The position numbers and the translations under genes are program-made. Below, one piece after another: positions 16,563-24,181 of a DNA stretch of 64,000 nucleotides (the stretch's first letter is position 1; every line of letters starts with the position of its first letter). The stretch lies in the NCBI GenBank assembly GCA_023435705.1, contig JAEYRH010000009.1:264572-328571 (forward strand), written 5' to 3'. The notes under the pieces are model-generated. The model was not told the origin of the DNA and did not search any database. It saw only the letters and a list, made by a program, of their open reading frames with translations. The stretch is from Bacillota bacterium (GTDB lineage: Bacteria; Bacillota; Clostridia; Christensenellales; UMGS416).

Positions 16563-19500
16563 TCACTCCACAGACTTCAGTGATTCCACCATCGGGATCC
16601 GCTTGAGCCTTGGCACCATCACCAGGATCACAAAGCCGGTGAAGGCCATCGTGAGCAGAAATGACCAGCCAAAGCTGATGGGCTCGATGGCATTGCCAAA
16701 CATGATGCCGGCCTGCTCGATGTTTTCCATGATGTAGCGGTGCAGCAGCACGCCAAGCCCCAGGCCGATGGCCGCGCCCAACAAGGAGAGCAGCACGTTT
16801 TCGCGGAACACATAGCCTGACTGCTCCCGGTCGGTGAATCCCAGCACCTTCACTGTGGCGATCTCGCGGACACGCTCGCCGATGTTGATGTTGGTGAGGT
16901 TATACAGCACCACGAAGGCCAGCAGCCCCGCCGAGAGGATGATCACCAGCACGATGGCGTTGAGGCTCTTCACTGTTTGGGTGAAAGAATCGGCCAATGC
17001 AGAGTAAAATGTGACTGACGCCACGCCGCCGCCCCCGATCAGCTTCTGGGCCAGGGTCTCCTCGGCCTTGGCTGAGCTGTCAGCCAGCCGGATCATCAGG
17101 CTGTTCATCCTGGCCTCCAGTCGGAAAACCTGCCTGTAGAGAGAGGGTGAAATATAGATATAGTGAAACACATATTGCTCGGTGATCGCCGCCACGGTCA
17201 CCTTTTTCCGCCCGCCCAGGCCGTTGTCCAGCTCGATTGTGCCGCCTCGGCTCACGCCCAACTCCTTGGCAAGCTTTTCGGTGAGGACCACGCCGCTGTC
17301 ATCCAGTGAAATTGGCTGACGGCCCTCGCGGCTGCGCAGTGTTACATATTGTGCAAACGCTGCCGGGTCTTGCGGCACTACCAGGGTTGCGGCGATGTCC
17401 TCACCGCTGCCGCGGGCCTTGGCGTTCAGCTCCGCCGACTCCAGCCAAGACTGGGTGTTTGCATCCTGCCCCAGCGACTGTGCGGCGGCTGCCCTTTGGC
17501 CATCAGTGACGTCGGCTGAGAATCGAAGATTTAAGTCATAGGTGAAGATCTGGCTGAACTGCCGGTCCACCACCTGGCTGATGGAGTCGTTCAGGCCGAA
17601 ACCAGCCACCAGAAGCGCCGTGCAGCCGGCGATGCCGGCTACGGTCATCCAGAAACGCTTCTTATAGCGGAAGAGGTTGCGCATCGTGACTTTCTGGGAA
17701 AAGCTCAGCCGCCGCCAAAAAGAGCCCAGCCGCTCCAATAAAATTCGCTTGCCTGGTTTCGGGGCTTTTGGGCGCATGAGTGTGGCAGGGGCATCGGCCA
17801 GCTCCTTGCGACAGGCTGCCCAGGCGGTAAGTGTGGTCACCAGCACGCCCATCAGCAGGCTGACTGCCATCAGCAACGGCTGGGCAACAGTCTGAAGGGG
17901 AGGCATTTCATACTTCATGAGCCATGAACGGTAGATCACTTCGGGGAATACACTCATCCCAACTGCCAGGCCCGCAGCGCCGCCCAGCGTGCTGGCCACC
18001 GCAGCATAGCAGATATACTTGGCCGCGATGGCACCGTCGGAATAACCCAGCGCCTTATAGATGCCGATGGCGCCGCGCTGCTCATCCACCATGCGGGTCA
18101 TTGTGGTCAGGCAGACCAGCGCCGCCACCAGGAAGAAGAACACCGGGAACACCGTGGCGATGGCGTCCACCCGCCCGGCTGTCATGCCAAAGTCCTCGTA
18201 GCTCAGGTTGCCGTGGCGATCCAGCACAATCCACTGGGGCTTGCTGATGCGCTCAATCTCGTCCTCGGCTTTGATGATTTTCTCCTGCCCGGCGGCCAGT
18301 TCCGCCTCGCCTTTGGCGGTGGACTCGGCATATTCCTGTTTGCCGTGCTCATATTCGGCCCACCCGGAGGCAATGTCGGCCTCAGCTTGCGTAAACTTAG
18401 CAGCCGCTTCTTCCTCTTGCCTTTGAAGCTCAGCCTCTGATGCAGCAATCTTCTTGTAGCCATCGTCCAGCTGCTTGCGTGCTGCACGAAGTTTTTTTTC
18501 GGCACTGGATAACTGGCCCTGGGTGAAGCCATTGAGCTCGTTTGCTGAGTTGATGCCTTCTTCTGTGGCGGCAAGAAATTGTCGGTACATCGCGATCATC
18601 TGTGTGAGGCGCTGCTTCTCCTCCGGGGATAAATCCGGGTTCTGCAAATCACTTTCCATGTCGGCGATTTCCTGCTTGGCTTGTTTGCGCAGGGAGTTGA
18701 TGTCTTGCACTGCGCCATCCATCTGCGCCAGCTCGTCGCTGTATTGTGCCTTGGCCTTGTTGTAATCAACCAGACCTTGTCTGTATTCCTTTTCTCCTTG
18801 TGCCAGGTCCTTTTTTCCTTGCTCGATCTGGTCGCGGGCCATTCTTGTTGTAATTTCGAAATTCGCCTTTTCGCTGGCCAGCGTGGACTCGGCCTTTTCC
18901 AGATCCACCCGGGCTTGCTCCAGCTTTTCCCTGGCTGCTGCTGTTTGCTGCTCAAACTCCTGCCTTTTTGCCTCATATTCTCTCTTCGCGTCATCCAGCT
19001 GGGCGGTCGCCTGGCCTTTGATCTCCGCAAGCCTCAGGCCGCTGCGGTCCAGCCCCATGTTTTCCAGGTCTGTAAGTGTTTTTTCCACCAGGCGGCCATA
19101 CGTTTCGCTGTAGCAGTTGAGCTCTTCGGCGCCCTTCACGGTCACTTGCACTTCGGTGTATACCGGGTATGCGAAATCTTCCTCCGGCACCATCAAAAAG
19201 AAACTCACCTTGCCGTTGCCGATGTCGGAGGAACCCTTGTCAAAGCACAGGTAAAGCGGGCTGACAGCCTTCCCTACAATGGTGAATGTGTCTGTTTTCA
19301 GCGTGCCGTCGGTGATGGCGGTTTCTTTTCCGGAGGATACCTGCAGTGTGTCTCCCACCTTAAGGCCTGAGTCCAGATACTTGGATTGCTCCAGCAGGCA
19401 TTCGCCGGATTTCTCCGGCAGGCGGCCCTCAGTCAGCACCACGCGGTTGACCGGCGCCTGCCCTCCCACGGGCATGCTGTGCAGCCGGAACACATACTCC

Positions 19501-19799
19501 ATGGAGCCCACAGTGCTTACGGCATCGGAAAAATAGGCGGGCTGCACCCGCTCCACTGTGCCCAGCGCAGCGATGGCTTCCACGTCGCCTTTGGTCAATC
19601 CCAGTGTGGAGAGCACGCGGATATCCATCATACCGTTGTCATCTAAGTAGCGGTCGGCGGTGTGCTCCATGTCTGGCGCGGTGGCCTTGATGCCGGCAAA
19701 AAATCCCACGCCAATGAGCACGATCAGAAAGATCGAGAGGAAGCGTGCCCAGGATTTGCGGACTTCCCGCACCAGATCCAATGAAATGGCGCTCTTCAT
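16563..19799 (-). CDS. ABC transporter permease with duplicated FtsX domains and a long coiled-coil ectodomain
   Basis: 1078 aa from ATG 19799 (alternative ATG at 19823). N-terminus MKSAISLDLVREVRKSWARFLSIFLIVLIGVGFF. Two FtsX 3-helix bundles (~res 550-670 and the C-terminal ~120 aa). ~260-aa heptad-rich insert. Confidence 0.85.
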   Translation of the reverse strand: MKSAISLDLVREVRKSWARFLSIFLIVLIGVGFFAGIKATAPDMEHTADRYLDDNGMMDIRVLSTLGLTKGDVEAIAALGTVERVQPAYFSDAVSTVGSMEYVFRLHSMPVGGQAPVNRVVLTEGRLPEKSGECLLEQSKYLDSGLKVGDTLQVSSGKETAITDGTLKTDTFTIVGKAVSPLYLCFDKGSSDIGNGKVSFFLMVPEEDFAYPVYTEVQVTVKGAEELNCYSETYGRLVEKTLTDLENMGLDRSGLRLAEIKGQATAQLDDAKREYEAKRQEFEQQTAAAREKLEQARVDLEKAESTLASEKANFEITTRMARDQIEQGKKDLAQGEKEYRQGLVDYNKAKAQYSDELAQMDGAVQDINSLRKQAKQEIADMESDLQNPDLSPEEKQRLTQMIAMYRQFLAATEEGINSANELNGFTQGQLSSAEKKLRAARKQLDDGYKKIAASEAELQRQEEEAAAKFTQAEADIASGWAEYEHGKQEYAESTAKGEAELAAGQEKIIKAEDEIERISKPQWIVLDRHGNLSYEDFGMTAGRVDAIATVFPVFFFLVAALVCLTTMTRMVDEQRGAIGIYKALGYSDGAIAAKYICYAAVASTLGGAAGLAVGMSVFPEVIYRSWLMKYEMPPLQTVAQPLLMAVSLLMGVLVTTLTAWAACRKELADAPATLMRPKAPKPGKRILLERLGSFWRRLSFSQKVTMRNLFRYKKRFWMTVAGIAGCTALLVAGFGLNDSISQVVDRQFSQIFTYDLNLRFSADVTDGQRAAAAQSLGQDANTQSWLESAELNAKARGSGEDIAATLVVPQDPAAFAQYVTLRSREGRQPISLDDSGVVLTEKLAKELGVSRGGTIELDNGLGGRKKVTVAAITEQYVFHYIYISPSLYRQVFRLEARMNSLMIRLADSSAKAEETLAQKLIGGGGVASVTFYSALADSFTQTVKSLNAIVLVIILSAGLLAFVVLYNLTNINIGERVREIATVKVLGFTDREQSGYVFRENVLLSLLGAAIGLGLGVLLHRYIMENIEQAGIMFGNAIEPISFGWSFLLTMAFTGFVILVMVPRLKRIPMVESLKSVE

Positions 19800-19800
19800 G

Positions 19801-20505
19801 CTACCACTCGATTCTCTCGGCATCCATCGGCCGGGGGTTGGTCTCGATGGCGTCCACCCGGCCGCTTTTGACGCGGATCACCCGGTCGCCGAGGGCAGTG
19901 AAGGCCAGGTTGTGTGAAATCACGATCACCGTGGTGTGGGTTTTGCGGCAGGTGTCTTGCAGCAGCTTCAGGATCGACTTGCCTGTGGTGTAATCCAGCG
20001 CACCGGTGGGTTCGTCACAAAGCAGCAGCTTGGGGTTTTTGGCCAGGGCCCGGGCAATGGCCACCCGCTGCTGCTCGCCGCCGGAGAGCTGCGAGGGGAA
20101 GTTGCCCATGCGGTCTTTCAGGCCCACGTCTTCCATCACCTGGCGGATATCCAGCGGGTCGCGGCTCACCTGCGCTGCCAGCTCCACGTTTTCCAGAGCG
20201 GTCAGGTTGGGCACCAGGTTGTAGAACTGAAACACAAACCCGACGTCGTAGCGCCGGTAGCCCACCAGCTGGCGGGCATTGTAGCGGCTGATCATCGCCC
20301 CGTCCACCGAAATGGTGCCGGAGGTGAGGCTGTCCATGCCGCCCAGGATGTTGAGGATTGTGCTCTTGCCCGCGCCGCTGGCCCCGCAGATGATTACAAA
20401 CTCGCCCCGGCCTATTGTGAAATCCACGCCGGCCAGCGCCTCGATCTCCACCTCGCCCATACGGTAGAGCTTGCGCACGCTGCCAAACTCAATAAAGTCG
20501 CTCAT
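19801..20505 (-). CDS. ABC transporter ATP-binding protein (MacB/LolD/FtsE type)
   Basis: 234 aa. Walker [10 protein letters not shown], signature [15 protein letters not shown], Walker [13 protein letters not shown]. Confidence 0.92.
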   Translation of the reverse strand: MSDFIEFGSVRKLYRMGEVEIEALAGVDFTIGRGEFVIICGASGAGKSTILNILGGMDSLTSGTISVDGAMISRYNARQLVGYRRYDVGFVFQFYNLVPNLTALENVELAAQVSRDPLDIRQVMEDVGLKDRMGNFPSQLSGGEQQRVAIARALAKNPKLLLCDEPTGALDYTTGKSILKLLQDTCRKTHTTVIVISHNLAFTALGDRVIRVKSGRVDAIETNPRPMDAERIEW

Positions 20506-20521
20506 ATGCAGCGCCCTCTGT

Positions 20522-20749
20522 TCATTGCAGTTTTTCCCTCAGGTATTCCGACAGGTCGCCCACGGTCACCAGGTTCCGGATGTCGCCATCGGGGATTTCC
20601 ACCCCCAGATCCTGCTCCGTTTTGCCGACCAGGCTGATAATGTCATAGGAATTGAGGTTCAGGTCTGCCACGAAGCGTGTGGCTTCTGTGATGGACTCTT
20701 CCTCCACATCCACATACTCCAACAGGCTCTTGCGGATATAGCTAAGCAA
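20522..20749 (-). CDS. Free-standing acyl/peptidyl carrier protein (PP-binding)
   Basis: 75 aa from TTG 20749, 7 nt after GGAAGGAAGG. MLSYIRKSLLEYVDVEEESITEATRFVADLNLNSYDIISLVGKTEQDLGVEIPDGD... with Ser in LNSYD at the expected 4'-phosphopantetheine site. The first 111 aa of the 186-aa ORF overlap the ligase gene out of frame and are rejected. Confidence 0.7.
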   Translation of the reverse strand: MLSYIRKSLLEYVDVEEESITEATRFVADLNLNSYDIISLVGKTEQDLGVEIPDGDIRNLVTVGDLSEYLREKLQ

Positions 20750-22448
20750 TGCTTGCCCTTCCTTCCAGCACCACCTGGCGCTTAATTTTGCGGGTTGTTG
20801 TCTTTTCAAACTCGGTCTGGCTGATGCGTACCTCCTGCACGCGCTTATAGGCTGGCAGCCTGTTGTTGAGCCGCCGGATATCCTGCTCAAGCCGCTCCCG
20901 GAGCTCAGCCAGAGAAGCGTTGCCGGTGTGCTCCGGGTCCAGATAGACGTCGGCCACGATGGTCTCCTGACTGCCGGCGATTGATCGGGAATAAACCACG
21001 ACCTCGCGTACATAGCCGATCTGGCCGAGGATCGCCTCTTCCACCTCTTCGGGGCACACATTTTTGCCGTTTGATAGCACAATCAGGTTTTTCTTCCTGC
21101 CGGTCAGATACAAGAAGCCCCGCCGGTCCAGCCGCCCCAGATCGCCGGTCTTGAAATAGCCATCTTCTGAAAAGGATGCCTGGGTGGCTGCCTCATCCCT
21201 GTAATATCCCAGCATCACCGTGTCGCCCCTCACCAGCACCTCACCGTTGCCCTTCTCATCGGGCATGTCGATGCGCACGTCACACACCGGCAGCACAAGA
21301 CCCACCGAGCCGGCTCGCCGCCAGGCAGAACTGTTCGTGGAGATCACCGGTGCGCACTCGGTGATGCCATAGCCGTTCACCACATCGATGCCCAGGTCTC
21401 CAAAGCCTTTGATCAGTTCTTCACGCAGCGGCGCGCCGCCGCACACGATCTGGGCAAGGTTGCCGCCGAATTTCTCCAGGATGGGCTTGAAATAGAGCCG
21501 CCTCATGTCGATGCCGATTGCCCGCAACAGGTTACTAAACGCAATGCCATATCGGAGGTGGCCGGCCAGGTTTGCTTTTTCTGCCTCTTTCCAGATCTGC
21601 CGGTGCATTGTTTCCAGAAACAGCGGCACCATCAGGCTCATACCGGGCTTGAAGAGCCTGAGGTTGTCCTTCAGGTGCTTCAGGCTGTCGTTGAAGCACA
21701 CGGTGATGCCCGAATAAATGCCGCCCAGCACATGGCAGGTGCATTCATAGGAATGGCTGATGGGAAGCACCGAGATGGAGACCGGCTCTGCCTTGATCAT
21801 GTGCATAATGCCATGGAGCACCGCCATCACATTGCGTTGGCAAAGCATCACGCCCTTGTTTGCGCCGGTGGTGCCTGAGGTGAAGATGATCTCACACAGT
21901 GCGTCCGGGTCGATTGGCAGGGTGGGGTAGGGGCTGCCGGGCCCGTCCAGGATAGCGCGGCCTTCCTCGAGCAGCCGGTCAAAGGCCAGAAATCCCGGTT
22001 CTTTATGGCTTGTGCCGCCCATGACAAAGCAACATGTCACTGCGGGGCACTCGGGCAGAACCGACTGTATCATCGGAGCATACGCGGCTGTGCAGATCAC
22101 CGCGTCCGAATCGCTTTTCCGCAGCAGCTTTGCAATGTCGCCCGCCGGCAATTCCTTATCCAACGGCACAACAACGCCAAGGCCTCCCGCAATTGCCAGA
22201 TAGCTCACCACCCAGCGGTAGCAGTTTTCGCCCAGCAGAGCGATGTGCTTTGCCAGCAAGCCATGATGGAGAAGCGCCGCACCAAGGCTTTCCACATCAC
22301 GGGCCAACTGGCGGTAGGTGTATTCCTGAATTTGCCGCTCTCTGTCCAACTCCCGGAATGCGATCCGGTCTCCAAACAACACTTCCGATCGGTGGATCAG
22401 CTCGCGTGTGTTTTCCAGTCTTTGGCTGTGGTAGAGCTTCGGTTTCAT
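20742..22448 (-). CDS. AMP-dependent acyl ligase (long-chain fatty acyl-CoA/ACP synthetase type)
   Basis: 568 aa from ATG 22448. AMP-binding motifs IFTSGTTGANKGVML, GYGITECAP, FKTGDLGRLDRRGFLYLTGRKKNLIVLSNGKNV, C-terminal TTTRKIKR. Confidence 0.9.
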   Translation of the reverse strand: MKPKLYHSQRLENTRELIHRSEVLFGDRIAFRELDRERQIQEYTYRQLARDVESLGAALLHHGLLAKHIALLGENCYRWVVSYLAIAGGLGVVVPLDKELPAGDIAKLLRKSDSDAVICTAAYAPMIQSVLPECPAVTCCFVMGGTSHKEPGFLAFDRLLEEGRAILDGPGSPYPTLPIDPDALCEIIFTSGTTGANKGVMLCQRNVMAVLHGIMHMIKAEPVSISVLPISHSYECTCHVLGGIYSGITVCFNDSLKHLKDNLRLFKPGMSLMVPLFLETMHRQIWKEAEKANLAGHLRYGIAFSNLLRAIGIDMRRLYFKPILEKFGGNLAQIVCGGAPLREELIKGFGDLGIDVVNGYGITECAPVISTNSSAWRRAGSVGLVLPVCDVRIDMPDEKGNGEVLVRGDTVMLGYYRDEAATQASFSEDGYFKTGDLGRLDRRGFLYLTGRKKNLIVLSNGKNVCPEEVEEAILGQIGYVREVVVYSRSIAGSQETIVADVYLDPEHTGNASLAELRERLEQDIRRLNNRLPAYKRVQEVRISQTEFEKTTTRKIKRQVVLEGRASIA

Positions 22449-22628
22449 GAAACCCCACGGCCCCTTTGCAGGCATGCTACCTATACATATGAAGTGAGTA
22501 TGACTGCATTCCATGAGCGCAGCGTAAGTGGCATTGCTTGATTTCTTGATAAATTGGAATACGATATTACTTATATTATAAGAAGTAGTGGTATCAAAAT
22601 GGCGAAGTAAAGCGAGAAGGGCCCCATT

Positions 22629-22835
22629 GTGTCGCTGGTGTCCATCTGCTCGGTTGTGGTATTTTTGAGCCTCGGGTTTGTGTATGGTCTGTGGCATTCG
22701 GGCTGGATTGTGTTCTTCGCGGCACCGGTGACTGCCGCGATTCTCAAAGTGGTACGAACCCCTCCCGGAGGGGTAGGGGAGAGGGTTCTTTACCGCGTAA
22801 ACGCCTGCAGCTTGTCAATCAGCCCCAGCTCATAA
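22629..22835 (+). CDS. Possible small two-helix membrane protein or gene remnant
   Basis: GTG start. VSICSVVVFLSLGFVYGLWHSGWIVFFAAPVTAAIL forms two hydrophobic helices. The 3' tail overlaps a convergent gene. An in-frame ATG-GCG-AAG-TAA sits just upstream at 22599-22610. Confidence 0.25.
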   Translation: MSLVSICSVVVFLSLGFVYGLWHSGWIVFFAAPVTAAILKVVRTPPGGVGERVLYRVNACSLSISPSS

Positions 22836-23095
22836 GCCTTCCTCACCAACGGAAATTCTTCACGGCGGATGAAATAGAGCGTGGCGTAATTCCGTTGGAT
22901 CTGCGTGCCGTGAAACAGGTAATGCTCCACGGCCTGAAACCCCTCCTCGGTGCTCACGACACTCAGCGCATAATCCAGGATTTTGGATTCTGCAATTGTC
23001 ATCTCCATTGTCAGGCGCTCCATCAAGGCGTCCACGGCCGCTCTTGTGCCTGTTTCTGCCAGCCGAACGCATTGCTCCAGCATGGACTGGCCCAT
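22790..23095 (-). CDS. Hypothetical small helical protein
   Basis: 101 aa. ATG 23095 lies 24 nt after the hydrolase stop and is preceded by AAAGGA. All-helical composition. No family recognised. Confidence 0.5.
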   Translation of the reverse strand: MGQSMLEQCVRLAETGTRAAVDALMERLTMEMTIAESKILDYALSVVSTEEGFQAVEHYLFHGTQIQRNYATLYFIRREEFPLVRKAYELGLIDKLQAFTR

Positions 23096-23119
23096 ATGAT
23101 CAGATCCTTTCTATTTGCG

Positions 23120-23971
23120 TTAGCCACCTTCGTTTAGGAACCGGCTGATTTCTTCTGCCATCCCGATCAGCACATGGCCGGCTTCCGGCAGCACGCGGAG
23201 ATCAGCATGCGGCATAAACTTGGCCACACGCTTGGCAGTGTGGCCGGTGTGAAACATCGCGTCTCTGCCGCCAGCCACTGCCAGCACCGGCATCGCGAGC
23301 CGCTTGAGCTCGCTGTTTTGAAACAGCGGGATCAACTCCTTGCGGTAGTTGAAGTGCTCATCAATGAGCCGCTGATATTGCAGCACCACCTCCGGCAGCT
23401 CTTGCGCGCCGTTCACCTTGGGTATTAATCTGCGTTTCATCCCTTCCCCCAGCAGGTTGTACAGTGCGCTGGTGATCGGGAATGATATCTTCTGCGCCCC
23501 AATGCCTGCCGGGGAGAGCAGCACCAGTTTCTCCACCTTTTCAGGATATTGTGTGGCAAACTTCGCCGCTACATATGAGCCGAGAGAAATACCCACAAGG
23601 CATGCCCTCTTCAAATTCAGCGTTGCAAACACATCGTTTAGCCACAAAGCATGGTCTGTGCCGGCGAGGGGCAACTGCCGATCGTCGCTCATGCCCGGCT
23701 CGCCCGGCAGGTCCACGGCATACACACGATGCGTCCGGGCAAGCACCGGCGCATCAGCCATCCACATCACCGAGCTCATGGCGCTGCCGTGCAATAGCAC
23801 GACTGCTGGGCCATCTGTGGGGCCGCAGGCGATCACATGAGCCTGGCCGAAACGCGTATCGATAAGGGTCATCGAATTGGGCGCCATCCAGTGCGCCAGC
23901 AAGCCGCCGGTGAACCGATGGAGCACCTCTTTGCCCTCCGGTGACTTGAAAGCAGTTGTTTGGTTTTTCAT
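23120..23971 (-). CDS. Alpha/beta-fold hydrolase
   Basis: ATG 23971 after GAAGGGAG. HGSAMSS oxyanion region, nucleophile elbow GISLGS, C-terminal GHVLIGM (His). Confidence 0.85.
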   Translation of the reverse strand: MKNQTTAFKSPEGKEVLHRFTGGLLAHWMAPNSMTLIDTRFGQAHVIACGPTDGPAVVLLHGSAMSSVMWMADAPVLARTHRVYAVDLPGEPGMSDDRQLPLAGTDHALWLNDVFATLNLKRACLVGISLGSYVAAKFATQYPEKVEKLVLLSPAGIGAQKISFPITSALYNLLGEGMKRRLIPKVNGAQELPEVVLQYQRLIDEHFNYRKELIPLFQNSELKRLAMPVLAVAGGRDAMFHTGHTAKRVAKFMPHADLRVLPEAGHVLIGMAEEISRFLNEGG

Positions 23972-24100
23972 AAGGGTCACTCCCTTCAATCCATTAGAAA
24001 TTCCTCACAGTGACTAGGTTAAAGATAACATAAGTTAAATAGTTCGTCAATACTTCTTTTCTTTGATTGTTAAGAAAACATGAATGTCGTGCCAAAGATA

Positions 24101-24129
24101 TTGACAAACAAAACCCCCAGTGCTATTTT
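24101..24129 (+). promoter_or_regulatory. hrcA/dnaK operon promoter
   Basis: TTGACA (24101-24106), 17-nt spacer, TATTTT (24124-24129), immediately upstream of CIRCE. Confidence 0.5.
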
Positions 24130-24136
24130 ATCATTG

Positions 24137-24163
24137 TTAGCACTCGATACTGGTGAGTGCTAA
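24137..24163 (+). promoter_or_regulatory. CIRCE operator (HrcA binding site)
   Basis: TTAGCACTC-N9-GAGTGCTAA, a perfect match to the CIRCE consensus, 19 nt upstream of the hrcA start. Confidence 0.92.
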
Positions 24164-24181
24164 CACAAGGAGTGAACCCCG

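Noticed and set aside
20750-21082. First 111 codons of the 186-aa ORF that contains the carrier protein.
   Set aside because: They overlap the 3' end of the ligase gene in another frame and are Arg/Ser/Pro/Trp-rich with no carrier-protein features. TTG 20749 with a strong RBS explains the gene.
22756-22788. GC hairpin (GAACCC...GGGTTC with inner CCCCT/AGGGG) as a terminator separating the hydrolase pair from the ligase operon.
   Set aside because: There is no U-tract on the minus strand and alternative foldings exist. It is not listed as a feature and is only mentioned as something to test.
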